In this document: positions 51,679 through 62,500 of the stretch, piece by piece | Numbering within the stretch: position 1 is the first letter of the stretch | Layout: every line of letters begins with the position of its first letter | Source: an uncultured Gemmatimonadales bacterium | GTDB lineage: Bacteria; Gemmatimonadota; Gemmatimonadetes; Gemmatimonadales; GWC2-71-9 | Assembly: GCA_963771275.1 (NCBI GenBank) | Contig: CAVYSW010000003.1 | Span: forward strand, 1,472,001-1,536,000 | Direction of reading: 5' to 3' | Length of the DNA: 64,000 nt | Translations under genes and position numbers: made by a program | Notes under the pieces: model-generated | Databases searched by the model: none | Seen by the model: only the letters and a program-made list of their open reading frames with translations | Told to the model about the DNA's origin: nothing

Positions 51679-53949
51679 CTAGCGCTCGTGAAACAGCCAG
51701 TCCGGCGGTACCGGGGCCAGCGTGTCGCCTTCCCGGCGCACCTGGAGGCGAAGCTCCCGTCCGCCGCCACCCTGGAAGAACAGCACCTCGATCGGGTGGA
51801 GGCCCGCCGCGAGCGCGACCATGCCGGCGCGATCGGTGGGCGTGTGGTAGCCGTCGTGGTCGATCACCACGTCCTGCCCGATCCGCAGCACGCTGCCATC
51901 GTCCGACGTGAGCACGAATTCATAGATCCCGTCGGCCGGGACGCGCACGTAGCCCTGGAACCGCAGCCCGAACTCCTCCGGCCGCTCGAACCCCTGCAGC
52001 GTCACGCCTGGGGCGATGCCGTGGCGACGCGCGCGCAGGCTGGTGAGCGCGGCGGTCCGTGGCACGCGTCCCTCGTAATAGGTGAATCCCAGGCCCGGAG
52101 CCAGGTCCGCTTCCCGCACGGTCGCCGGGGCAAGCAGCGTCGTCCGCGTGAACCGCGCGGCGCGCGGCGGGCTCGCGCGGCCCCCGGGGAGCACGGCCCG
52201 GGCGGTGACCACCACCCCCTCGCGCGTCACGGGGAGGCGGAACGGGCCGTCATAGGCATGCACCGGTCCCTCGCTGGCGCCGACGTCCACCCGGTACACG
52301 ATCGTGGCGTGCGGCAGCAACGAGCCGAGCGTGACCGTCGTGGTGTCCTCGAGGCTCAGCCGGTCCGTCTCCAGGCCCGTCACCTCGGGCACGCGGTAGC
52401 GTACGTCGAGGCCGTCCAGCCGGCGGAGCTGGGCCGGCAGGCGCGCGGCGAAATCGCTCCAGGCGCGCCGCTCCCGGGGCGACCACACGACCTCTGACAG
52501 CGCGAGCATGCGGGGCAGCGCCATGTACTCGACGTATTCCGGCGTCTCCATGTACTCGGTCCAGACGTTGCCCTGGGCGCCGAGCACGTGCGTTGCCTCC
52601 GCCGGCGTGAGCGAGTCGGGCACGGGCTCGAATGCGTAGACCTTGTCGAGCGGCGTGTAGCCGCCGATCGCGAGCGGCTCGAACGCGGGGTCGCCCTGGT
52701 AGTGATCGAAGTACACGTGGCTCCCCGGGGTCATGATGACGTCGTGCCCCTGCCGCGCCGCCGCGATGCCGCCGTCCAACCCGCGCCACGACATCACGGT
52801 GGCCTCGGGCGCGAGCCCGCCCTCGAGAATCTCGTCCCACCCGATCAGCCGCCGGCCGTGCGCGATCAGGAACCGCTCGATCCGGCGGATGAACCAGCTC
52901 TGCAGCTCGCCCTCGTCCTTGAGATGCTCCCGCTCGATCACCGCCTGCGCCACGGGGCTCTCGCGCCAGCGCTCCTTGGGCGCCTCGTCGCCGCCGATGT
53001 GGATGTAGCTGCCCGGGAACAGCGCCATCACCTCGGTGAGCACGTTTTCGAGGAACTGGAACGTCCGCTCGCTGGGGCAGTAGATGTCCCGGTCCACGCC
53101 CCACACGGTCGAAACCTCGAACGGCCCCGGCGTGCAGGCCAGCTCGGGGTAGGCGGCGAGCGCCGCCTTGGAGTGGCCCGGCATCTCGATCTCGGGGATG
53201 ATCGTCACGTAGCGCTGCCGCGCGTACGCCACGATGTCGCGCACCTGGTCCTGCGTGTAGAACCCGCCGTAGGGAATGCCGTCGCCCACGTAGGGGTCGA
53301 CGTTCTTCTGGAGGATGGTCTCCTTGCGCCACGCGCCCACGCCGGTGAGGCGCGGGTACCGCTTGATCTCGATCCGCCAGCCCTGATCGTCCGTGAGGTG
53401 CCAGTGGAACGTGTTCATCTTGTACATCGCCATGAGATCGATGTAGCGCTTGATGAACTCCACCGGAAACAGATGCCGGCCGACGTCGAGGTGCATGCCG
53501 CGGTACGGGAACCGTGGGGCGTCCTCGATCAGCACCGCGGGGATGCCGCCCGCGGCGTCGCCCGTCGGCGGGATCTGCGCGAGCGTCTGGGCGCCGTAGA
53601 ACAGGCCGGCCGGCGTCCGCGCCGTGAGCGTCACCGCCTGCGGCGTGACCTCGAGGCGATATCCCTCGCGGCGCGCCGACGCGCTCGTATCGAGCAGCAG
53701 CGCGACCGTTGCGGCGCGGCCGGGCTCGGCCGCGGAGGCACCCGGCGCCACCGCCACGCCGAACGCCAGCGTGAGGTTCCGCGCCACGAGGTCGCGCAGC
53801 GCGCGGAGCTCGGCATTGGCCGGGTCGGAGACCGCCACGACGGTCTGGGCGGACACAAGGAACGCGCCGTCACCGGGGACGAGGCGGGCCGGTGCGGGCA
53901 CGATGGGAAACGAGGCCTGGGCGAGCTGCAGCAGAAACGGAGTGAGCAT
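51679..53949 (-). CDS. beta-N-acetylhexosaminidase (GH20) with C-terminal PA14 domain
   Basis: YRGMHLDVGRH, HWHLTDDQGWR, PEIEMPGH, HIGGDE, WTEY; TSDDGS (PA14). Confidence 0.95.
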   Translation of the reverse strand: MLTPFLLQLAQASFPIVPAPARLVPGDGAFLVSAQTVVAVSDPANAELRALRDLVARNLTLAFGVAVAPGASAAEPGRAATVALLLDTSASARREGYRLEVTPQAVTLTARTPAGLFYGAQTLAQIPPTGDAAGGIPAVLIEDAPRFPYRGMHLDVGRHLFPVEFIKRYIDLMAMYKMNTFHWHLTDDQGWRIEIKRYPRLTGVGAWRKETILQKNVDPYVGDGIPYGGFYTQDQVRDIVAYARQRYVTIIPEIEMPGHSKAALAAYPELACTPGPFEVSTVWGVDRDIYCPSERTFQFLENVLTEVMALFPGSYIHIGGDEAPKERWRESPVAQAVIEREHLKDEGELQSWFIRRIERFLIAHGRRLIGWDEILEGGLAPEATVMSWRGLDGGIAAARQGHDVIMTPGSHVYFDHYQGDPAFEPLAIGGYTPLDKVYAFEPVPDSLTPAEATHVLGAQGNVWTEYMETPEYVEYMALPRMLALSEVVWSPRERRAWSDFAARLPAQLRRLDGLDVRYRVPEVTGLETDRLSLEDTTTVTLGSLLPHATIVYRVDVGASEGPVHAYDGPFRLPVTREGVVVTARAVLPGGRASPPRAARFTRTTLLAPATVREADLAPGLGFTYYEGRVPRTAALTSLRARRHGIAPGVTLQGFERPEEFGLRFQGYVRVPADGIYEFVLTSDDGSVLRIGQDVVIDHDGYHTPTDRAGMVALAAGLHPIEVLFFQGGGGRELRLQVRREGDTLAPVPPDWLFHER

Positions 53950-54171
53950 GGGGCGCGTCGTGGAGTCGCGGGTGGTGAGCCGTGCGTCGGTCGCGATGCG
54001 CCGACCGGGGATCCGGCGGAAGGTACGGGCGCCGCCGCGCGCGGGCCAGCGTCCCGCCGGTGAGCACGTTCTCGCCGGCGGGGTGGACACCGGTCGGGTG
54101 TGGCCGTATAGTCACGCGCGTCCTGGATCGGTTGCCGCGATCCGTCGGTCCACGTCTTCTGGAGGATCCCA

Positions 54172-54621
54172 ATGCGCAGGCTCGCCCTACTCTGTGGTGC
54201 CGTCCTTCTCATCGGCTGTGCGCGCTCCGAGCAGCAGAATGCCGGCGCCGCGGGCGCCCCGCCGGCCATGCTCTCGCTCGCGGACGTCGCCGGCGTGTGG
54301 AACGTGAACTCGATGGCCGAGGCGAGCGACAGCGTGCTGGTGAGCTACCAGATGACGACCACCGCCGACACCGCGGGGTGGACGGTCACCTTCCCGGGCC
54401 GCGAGCCGATTCCGGTGCGCGGCATCACCGTGGCCGGCGACAGCATCGTGTCGGACATGGGTCCCTACGAGAGCGTGCTGCGCCCCGGCGTGATGGTGTC
54501 GGTCCACACGGTTTCCCGGCTCGAGAATGGCAAGCTGGTGGGGCACTTCACGGCGCACTACGCGGGCGGCGGGGCGGACAGCGTCTTCAACGGCCGGTTG
54601 CAGGGCGTGCGCGCCCAGTAG
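54172..54621 (+). CDS. hypothetical lipoprotein
   Basis: GGAGG RBS; LIGC lipobox; beta-rich sequence. Confidence 0.8.
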   Translation: MRRLALLCGAVLLIGCARSEQQNAGAAGAPPAMLSLADVAGVWNVNSMAEASDSVLVSYQMTTTADTAGWTVTFPGREPIPVRGITVAGDSIVSDMGPYESVLRPGVMVSVHTVSRLENGKLVGHFTAHYAGGGADSVFNGRLQGVRAQ

Positions 54622-54642
54622 CGATCGCGTCCGGGCGGGGCA

Positions 54643-54677
54643 GGGGCGGCGCTCCCGCGGAGCGGGGACGCCGCCCC
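54643..54677 (+). terminator. GC-rich hairpin after the lipoprotein gene
   Basis: GGGGCGGCGCTCCCGC-GGA-GCGGGGACGCCGCCCC; no U-tract. Confidence 0.4.
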
Positions 54678-54727
54678 GCGTCATGCCCGGCCACCCGTTA
54701 CCGCAATCCAGAGGTAGCTTCCAGTCC

Positions 54728-56050
54728 ATGATCGCTGATCGGCTTCGCTGCGGTCGCGCCACCGGCCTGATCGCGCTCGCACTCTGGGGTCCCGCCAGGG
54801 CCGTGGGACAGGCACCGTACGTGGCCACATCCGAGAACCGCGCCGCGCGAGAGGCGTTCCAGGACGCCAAGTTCGGGATGTTCATCCACTGGGGCATCTA
54901 CAGCCTGCTGCAGGACGGCGAGTGGGTGATGAACAACCGCGACCTCACGGTCGCGGAATACGAGACCCTCGCCCCGCAATTCAATCCCGTCAAGTTCGAT
55001 CCGGCCGCCTGGGTGGCGCTCGCCAAGGCGGCGGGCATGCGGTACATCACGATCACGAGCAAGCACCACGACGGCTTCGCGATGTTCGACTCGAAGGTGT
55101 CGGACTGGGACATCGTGGACCGCACGCCGTACGGCCGCGACGTGCTGCGGCCGCTGGCCGAGCAGGCGCGGAACCAGGGGCTCACGATCTTCTTCTACTA
55201 CTCGCAGCTCGACTGGCACCATCCGGACTACTACCCGCGCGGGCAGACGGGCCAGCGCGCAGGCCGTCCGGACCAGGGGGACTGGTCCCGCTATCTCGAC
55301 GACATGGATGGCCAGCTCCGCGAGCTGCTCACCAACTACGGGCCGATCGGCGGGATCTGGTTCGACGGCATGTGGGACCGCTACGAGGCCGACTGGCGGC
55401 TGGCGCGCACCTACGGGATGATCCACACGCTGCAGCCGGCGGCGCTGATCGGGTCGAACCACCACCGGCTGCCGTACCCCGGCGAGGACTTCCAGATGTT
55501 CGAGAAGGACCTGCCGGGGCAGAACACCATCGGCTTCAACACGACCAAGGTCGGCGCGCTGCCGCTCGAGACCTGCGAGACGATGAACGGCTCGTGGGGC
55601 TACCGGCTGACCGATCGCGCCTTCAAGAGCAGCGCGCAGCTGATCGGGTATCTGGTGAACGCGGCCGGTCGGGATGCCAACCTCCTGCTCAACGTGGGCC
55701 CCATGCCCACCGGCGAGATCCAGCCCGAGTTCGCCGCTCGGCTGCGCGAGGTGGGCGCGTGGCTGGCGACGCACGGCGAGGCGATCTACGGCACGCGCGG
55801 CGGGCCAATCCCGCCGCGACCGTGGGGCGTCACGACACGGCAGGGCGATCGGGTGTACGTGCACGTGCTCGACTGGACCGACCCCGAGCTGGCGCTGCCC
55901 GTGCTGCCGCGCCGCGTGCAGGCGGCGCGGCTGCTGGTGGGCGGCGCCCGGGTGCCGTTCCGGGTGAGCCCGCAGGGCGTGACGCTGACGCTGCCGGCCC
56001 GGTTGGCCGGTGAGGTAGATCAGATCGTCGTACTCGAGCTGGCGAGGTGA
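54728..56050 (+). CDS. alpha-L-fucosidase (GH29)
   Basis: KFGMFIHWG, SKHHDGF, IWFDG, LLLNVGP. Confidence 0.95.
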   Translation: MIADRLRCGRATGLIALALWGPARAVGQAPYVATSENRAAREAFQDAKFGMFIHWGIYSLLQDGEWVMNNRDLTVAEYETLAPQFNPVKFDPAAWVALAKAAGMRYITITSKHHDGFAMFDSKVSDWDIVDRTPYGRDVLRPLAEQARNQGLTIFFYYSQLDWHHPDYYPRGQTGQRAGRPDQGDWSRYLDDMDGQLRELLTNYGPIGGIWFDGMWDRYEADWRLARTYGMIHTLQPAALIGSNHHRLPYPGEDFQMFEKDLPGQNTIGFNTTKVGALPLETCETMNGSWGYRLTDRAFKSSAQLIGYLVNAAGRDANLLLNVGPMPTGEIQPEFAARLREVGAWLATHGEAIYGTRGGPIPPRPWGVTTRQGDRVYVHVLDWTDPELALPVLPRRVQAARLLVGGARVPFRVSPQGVTLTLPARLAGEVDQIVVLELAR

Positions 56051-56055
56051 GGCGG

Positions 56056-56817
56056 ATGGCCGGACGGATACCGGTGGAAGCGTGTGTGGACTCAGTGGAG
56101 TCGGCCCTCGCGGCGGAGCGCGGTGGCGCGGCGCGGGTCGAGCTGTGTGCCAACCTCGCCGAGGGCGGCACCACGCCGAGCGGGGCGACGATCGCGGTCT
56201 GCCGCGCGCGGCTCGGCATCCCGATCCACGTGCTCGTGCGGCCGCGCGGCGGGGACTTTCACTACTCCGACCTCGAGGTCGAGGTGATGCGTCGCGACAT
56301 CCAGCTCGCCAAGGAGCTCGGGGCGCACGGCATCGTGATCGGCGTGCTGCGGCGCAACGCGACCGTCGACGTCGAGCGGACCACCGCGCTCATCGAGGTG
56401 GCGCGGCCCTTGAGCGTCACGTTTCACCGGGCGTTCGACGTGACGCGCGACGCCGAGCGCGCCCTGGAGGACGTGATCGGGTCCGGCGCCGACCGGGTGC
56501 TGACGTCGGGACAGGCGGGGACCGCCGTCGACGGCAGCAAGCTGATCGGCCAGCTCGTGCGTCACGCGGGTGACGCGATCGGGATCGTCGCGGCCGGCGG
56601 GATCAACGGCCAGAACGTCGCCCGCCTCACCGCGGAAACCCGGGTGCGCGAGGTGCACCTGCGCGGTGCCGCGCTGGTGCACAGCAGCATGGACTATCAC
56701 CCCGGCGGCGTGCGGTTGGGCGTGCAGCTGGCCGACAGCGAGGCGGACTGGCTCGCCACCGATCCGGCCCAGATCCGCGCGGTCGTGACCGCCCTGGCAG
56801 GGATGGGTGGGAAATAG
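56056..56817 (+). CDS. cutC: copper homeostasis protein CutC family
   Basis: RVELC, GGTTPS, RPRGGDF, TFHRAFD, VLTSG. Confidence 0.93.
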   Translation: MAGRIPVEACVDSVESALAAERGGAARVELCANLAEGGTTPSGATIAVCRARLGIPIHVLVRPRGGDFHYSDLEVEVMRRDIQLAKELGAHGIVIGVLRRNATVDVERTTALIEVARPLSVTFHRAFDVTRDAERALEDVIGSGADRVLTSGQAGTAVDGSKLIGQLVRHAGDAIGIVAAGGINGQNVARLTAETRVREVHLRGAALVHSSMDYHPGGVRLGVQLADSEADWLATDPAQIRAVVTALAGMGGK

Positions 56818-58468
56818 CCGGCGCGAATTTCTCGCTTGTGTAGGTGCAGCGGGCGCCGCCCACGCGGCGGCGGCACTTCTGCCGCCCGGACTCCGGGCGG
56901 ATCGCGCCCCGGCGCGCGCCGTCCCCTCCGTGGCGCAGGCGGCGTGGCAGGACCGCGAGGTCGGGATGTTCGTGCATTTCGCGCCGAACACGTGGCAGGA
57001 TCGCGAGTACGACGACCGCACCACGCCGCTCTCGGCGATCAACTCCGACATCGACACCGACCAGTGGGTCGCGGTCGCCGAGTCGCTCGGCGCGCGCTAC
57101 ATCGTGCTGGTGGCGAAGCACGCCGGCGGGTTCTGCCTGTGGCAGACCGACACGACGGACTACGGCATCCGCGGCACGCCGTGGCGCGGCGGCCGCGGCG
57201 ACGTCATGGCGGATCTCGGCGCGTCGTGCGCGCGCCGCGGGCTCGGCCTGGGCGTGTACCTGTCGCCCCGGGACGACACGTTCGGGGCGGGACAGGCGGG
57301 GCGCTGCGCCACGCCGGAGCTGCAGCAGCGTTACGACGCCGTGTATCGCCGGCAGCTGGTCGAGCTGCTCACGGGCTACGGGCCGATCATGGAGCTGTGG
57401 TTCGACGGCAGCAGCGTCGTGCCGACCGGCGACCTGATCCGGCGCTACGCGCCGGCGGCGATGGTGTTTCAGGGGCCGCAGGCCACGGTCCGCTGGGTGG
57501 GCAACGAGGACGGTTTCGCGCCGTACCCGGCGTGGAACGCGCTCGCGGCGAGCGACGCGGCCACCGGAGTGGCCACGGCGCTCCATGGTGATCCCGACGG
57601 CGACGTGTGGATGCCGCTCGAGGTGGACGTGTCGCTGCGCCGGCCGCGGTGGTTCTGGAGCACCACCAACCACGTCAACCTGCTCTCGCTCGACGCGCTG
57701 CTCGAGATCTACTACCGGTCTGTGGGACGCGGCGCGCAGCTCCTGCTCAACGTCCCGCCCGATCGGACCGGGCGCATTCCGGAGACCGATGCACGGCGTG
57801 TCGCCGAATTCGGCGCGGAGGTCAGGCGCCGGTTCGGACGCCCGCTGGCCGAAACGGACGGGCGAGGTGGGGGAGTGACGGTCGCGTTGCCCGCTCCGCA
57901 CCGGGTGGACCACGTGGTGCTGGCGGAGGACATCGCGGGCGGGGAGCGGGTCCGCGCGTACCGCCTGGAGGGCCGGACGGGCGGGCAGTGGACGGAGCTG
58001 GGCTCGGGCTCCGCGATCGGCCACAAGCGGATTCAGCCGATCGGTCCGGCAGCGGTCGACGCGGTGCGGCTCATCGTCACCGCGTCCGCCGCCGAGCCGC
58101 TGATCGCGCGGCTCGCGGTGTTCGACACCGGGGTTGCCCCGCCCGCGGCGTGGGCCGCGCCCGCGCCCGTCTGGGCGGATAACGCGATCGGGCACTGGGC
58201 CCATGGCGAGCTGGCGCTCGACCTGAGCGGCGCCATCCCGGTCCCGGGCACCTACCGGCTGCGGCTCGTGTCGGGGACGGGAGAGCGCGTGGCGCTGCGG
58301 GATCCGGCGCTGTCGGTGGGCGGCCGCCAGCAGCCGCAGCTGGTGCGCGCCGAAGCGGGTCGCCCCGACGTGCTGCTGCTCACCATCACCGAAATCGGCC
58401 AGCGGATCGCGGTCCGTGGGACGATCCGGGGGGCCGCACGCGGCACGGCGCTCTTGCGGCGGCTCTGA
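56807..58468 (+). CDS. Tat-exported alpha-L-fucosidase (GH29, subfamily B-like)
   Basis: SRREFL Tat motif; GMFVHF, AKHAGGFCLW, LWFDG, RWVGNE, SVGRGAQLLLN, IGHKRI. Confidence 0.92.
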   Translation: MGNSRREFLACVGAAGAAHAAAALLPPGLRADRAPARAVPSVAQAAWQDREVGMFVHFAPNTWQDREYDDRTTPLSAINSDIDTDQWVAVAESLGARYIVLVAKHAGGFCLWQTDTTDYGIRGTPWRGGRGDVMADLGASCARRGLGLGVYLSPRDDTFGAGQAGRCATPELQQRYDAVYRRQLVELLTGYGPIMELWFDGSSVVPTGDLIRRYAPAAMVFQGPQATVRWVGNEDGFAPYPAWNALAASDAATGVATALHGDPDGDVWMPLEVDVSLRRPRWFWSTTNHVNLLSLDALLEIYYRSVGRGAQLLLNVPPDRTGRIPETDARRVAEFGAEVRRRFGRPLAETDGRGGGVTVALPAPHRVDHVVLAEDIAGGERVRAYRLEGRTGGQWTELGSGSAIGHKRIQPIGPAAVDAVRLIVTASAAEPLIARLAVFDTGVAPPAAWAAPAPVWADNAIGHWAHGELALDLSGAIPVPGTYRLRLVSGTGERVALRDPALSVGGRQQPQLVRAEAGRPDVLLLTITEIGQRIAVRGTIRGAARGTALLRRL

Positions 58469-58493
58469 GCGCCCCTCAGGTGAACGGGCCCGG

Positions 58494-59015
58494 CTACGGC
58501 AGGGCCGCGCCGAGGCCGACCTGGAACGTGACCTCGTTCAGATCGCAGCCGCTGCACAGCCAGCGCCGGTAGCCCCCTTCGAGGCGGACGCCGAGCCGCT
58601 GCTTCACCAGGAAGCGGAATCCCAGCGCGCCGCCGGCGACGCCACTGTCGGCCCCGTCCCCCAGACGGACCCAGCCCCCGTTGACGGCGACATACGGCGC
58701 GGCGTGTTCGCTCGCGCCGAGCAGGAACCCGATCTGCATCACACTGCTCAGCGCCACGTCGCTGGCGGCCGACGAGTACAGCAGGCCGACCTGCGGCTCC
58801 AGCATCATCCGGCCGGCGAAGATCGTGGCGTAGAGGGTCGAGTATGGGAAGAGGAACGACGTCGGCCCGGGCAGCCCGACGAGAACCTCCGAGTTGCCGC
58901 CGGAGAACGCGAGGACCCCGCCGACGCGGGAGCCGATCTCGAGCTTGGTAGGCTGCTGGGCGCTCGCGGCGGAGCCGCAGACCAGGGTGGCGAGCAGGAC
59001 GGTGAGGCTGCGCAT
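58494..59015 (-). CDS. small outer-membrane beta-barrel protein
   Basis: Signal ending ASA-Q; about 8 amphipathic strands. Confidence 0.75.
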   Translation of the reverse strand: MRSLTVLLATLVCGSAASAQQPTKLEIGSRVGGVLAFSGGNSEVLVGLPGPTSFLFPYSTLYATIFAGRMMLEPQVGLLYSSAASDVALSSVMQIGFLLGASEHAAPYVAVNGGWVRLGDGADSGVAGGALGFRFLVKQRLGVRLEGGYRRWLCSGCDLNEVTFQVGLGAALP

Positions 59016-59178
59016 GTTGGACTCCAAGGCCAGAGGTGTCTGCTCAGTGCCGCACCGGCGTCAAGTGAGCGTCAAGCGCACCCGGCAACCAGTCTATCGC
59101 GAGGGGGACCGCTACCTTACTCTCAGGATACATCCGGCGGTTCTGCCGGGGATACCCCCCTGGCACATGGGAGGGGTC

Positions 59179-59559
59179 GTGGCACGCATCCTCGTGGTCG
59201 ACGACGACGCGGCAATCCGGAGCGTGATGCGGCGGTGCCTGGCGCTCGACGGGCACGATGTCGAGGAAGCCGCCACGGGGCGCGAAGCGCTCAAGCTGTT
59301 TCGCGCCGAGCCGATGGAGCTCGTGATCACCGACCTCTACATGCCCGACATGGACGGCCTCGAGTTCACGCGCCGTCTGATCCAGGAGTTCGTCGGCACG
59401 AAAGTGATCGCGATGTCCGGCGGGGCCCTGCAGAAACCGGCGGACGCGCTCGCCGTCGCGAGCCAGCTCGGCGCGATGGCGACCCTCGCCAAGCCGTTCA
59501 GCGTGGCGGAGCTCCGTAGCGTGGTGCGGCGGGCGCTGCAGGGGTCGGAGGGCTCCTGA
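59179..59559 (+). CDS. single-domain response regulator (CheY-like)
   Basis: ILVVDDD, TDLYMPDMDG, MSG, KPF; GGAGG RBS. Confidence 0.93.
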   Translation: MARILVVDDDAAIRSVMRRCLALDGHDVEEAATGREALKLFRAEPMELVITDLYMPDMDGLEFTRRLIQEFVGTKVIAMSGGALQKPADALAVASQLGAMATLAKPFSVAELRSVVRRALQGSEGS

Positions 59560-62500
59560 TGGCCGTCGCGGCACGCCGGCCCTCGCTTGCCGCCCCGAGC
59601 TTGCTGGAGCAGGGTGAAGCGGACGCGGCGCTGCGCGCGGGTCTGGCGGAAGGCCTGGGGCGGCGGCTGCTCGAAGACACGCAGGTAGGCGAGATCGTCC
59701 AGCTGGCCCTGGCCCTCCTCCTGGTGCCAATTGTCGGGTTCCCGGGGTGGAGTGAGGGGATCCCCTGGATCGGGCTCATCGTGCTGGCCGCGGCGGTCCG
59801 CGCGGGCGCGCGCGTTCGATTCGTGCGGCGGGGCCTTCCGGCGGCCCGCGCCCCCGCCATGCTCCGCTGGACCTTGGTGGTCGTGGCCGTCGCATGGGGT
59901 GCGGGCCCGGCGGTGCTGGGGGCGGCACTCCCGTTCGAGCGGATGGCGCTGCTCATGGTCGTCATCGCGGGAGTGGTGGCCGCCGCGGGCGGTACGCTGC
60001 TCGCCGACCGGGTCGGCTTCCATGCGCTCAACGCGCTGCTGGCCCTGGGGGTCGCGGTCGGGTTCGTGCGGGGGGATCTGGACGCGGACCACGCGATGGG
60101 CGCGGTGCTGGCCGTCGTGTTTGGCGTGCTGATGGCGGCACTGTACGAGCGCAACCACCTGTCGCTCCGGCGCGAGCTCACCCAGGCGTACCGGCTCCAC
60201 GTGAGTGAGGCGGATGCCGAGCGGCGCGGCGAGTACCTCGACGCGCTGCTGCTGTCGGCGCCCACCGCGATCGCGACGGTGGGGTCCGACGGGCGGGTCG
60301 TGGCCGTCAATGCCGCGTTCGAGCAGCTGTTCGGCTACACCGGGGCGGAGGTGGTCGGGCACTCGATGGATGATCTGGTGGTGCCCGAGGGCCAGCTCGA
60401 GGCCGCGCGGCGGCTCACGGAGGCGGTGGACCGGGGCACCAGGGTCTCGGTCGAGACGGAGCGCCGCCGCAAGGACGGGCGGATCGTGCCGGTGCGCATC
60501 GCGGCGGCCCTGGTGCGAGGGGCCGGCGACGGGACGATCTTCGTGCTGTACGACGACATCACCGCGACGCGCAACGCCGAGCGGGCGCTGCGCGAAGCCG
60601 AGCGCCAGTATCGCGAGCTGGTCGAGTCCGCCTCGGACCTGGTGTGGCGGGTGGATGCCGCAGGGCGCTGGTCGTTCCTCAACCGTGCCGCGCTGGAGAT
60701 CTACGGGGCGGCGGCCGAAGATCTCGTAGGACGCCCGCTCACGGAACGCGTCGCTCCCGAGCAGGCCGAGCGCGACCGCCAGGCGTTCGGGCGCGTGCTC
60801 GCGGGGGGCGAGCTGTCGGACTACGAGACGGTCCACCGCGACGTGCGCGGGGAGCCGCGCCACCTGTCCTTCGCGGCGCGCCCGCTGCGTGATCCGGAGG
60901 GACGCGTGGTCGGGGCGCACGGAATGGCGCGCGACGTGACGGCCCGGGTCCAGGCTCGGGCGGGTCTCGAGGAGGCGCGCGACGCGGCGGAGCGGCTGGC
61001 GGCGCTGCGCAGTGCGTTCGTGGCGAACATGAGCCACGAGATTCGCACCCCGATGAACGGCGTCCTCGGGCTGTCGGAGTTGTTGCTCGACACCGCGCTG
61101 ACGCCGGAGCAGCGGCGGTCGCTGGAGCTGCTGCACGGCTCCGCCCAGGCGCTGCTCGCGGTGATCGACGACATCCTCGACTTCTCCAAGATCGAGGCGG
61201 GCCAGCTCGAGCTGGAGCAGATCCCGTTCGACGTGCAGGGGCTGGTCGACGCAACCGTCCGGCTGCTGGCGGTGCGCGCCGCGGGGCGGGGGATCGAGCT
61301 CCTGGCCGACGTCGATCCGGCGGTGCCGCGCGCCGTGCGCGGCGATCCGGGGCGCCTGCGCCAGGTGCTCACGAATCTCCTGGGGAACGCGCTGAAGTTC
61401 ACCGAGCGGGGCGAGGTGGCGGTCACCGTGAAGCCGGTGGGGGCGGCGTGCGACGGCTCGGTGCAGCTGCGGTTCGGCGTACGGGACACCGGGATCGGCA
61501 TCCCCGCCGAGCGCATCGGCGCGATCTTCGAGGAGTTCACGCAGGTCGACGCCTCGACCACCCGGCGGTTCGGGGGAACGGGTCTGGGCCTCTCGATCTC
61601 GCGCCGTCTGGTCGGTCTGATGGGCGGTGAGCTCGCGGCCCAGAGCGCCGTCGGGGTCGGGAGCGAGTTCTTCTTCACGATCACGCTGAGGATCGAGGCC
61701 GAGGGCGCGGTGGCCGGCGGCCGGGCCGCGCTGCGGCACGATGGGCTCCCGGTGCTGATCGTGGACGACAACGCCGCCAATCGGCGGATTCTCCACGGCA
61801 TGCTGGCGGCGGCGGGACTGGCGGTGGCGGAGGCCGCGAGCGCGGATCACGCGCTCAAGTCGCTCCGCGCCGCGTGCGCGGGCGGCACGCCGTTCCGCCT
61901 CGCCGTGATCGACTCGCAGATGCCCGGCCGCGACGGCTTCGACTTCGCGGCCGTCGTGAAAGGTGACGCGGCGCTCGCGGACACCCGGCTGCTGATGCTC
62001 ACGTCGGCGGGGCGGCGCGGTGACGGCAAGCGGTGCCGCGAGCTCGGCGTCGAGGGCTATCTCACCAAGCCGGTTTCGCGGGTCGAGCTGCTCGAGGCGA
62101 TCGCGTCCGTGCTGGCCGGTACGGAGCGACTGGAGGAGGTCGTCACCCGGCATTCGATGGCGGAGGCCCGGCGCCAGCTGCGCATCCTCGTCGCGGAGGA
62201 CAACCCGGTGAACCAGGAGGTCGCGAGGGCGCTGCTGCAGCGCCGGGGCCACGACGTGACCGTCGTGGAGAACGGACGCCTGGCGGTGGAGGTGGTGCAG
62301 AAGGGCGGCTTCGACGTGGTGCTGATGGATGTGCAGATGCCCGAGATGGACGGGCTCGCCGCGACCCGGGCGATCCGCGCCTTGCCGGCGCACGCGGGCA
62401 TCCCCATCATTGCCGTGACCGCGCACGCGCTGGCGGAGGAACACGCCCGCTGCCTCGCGGCGGGCATGCAGGCGTGCGTGGTGAAGCCGTTCCGCCCGGA

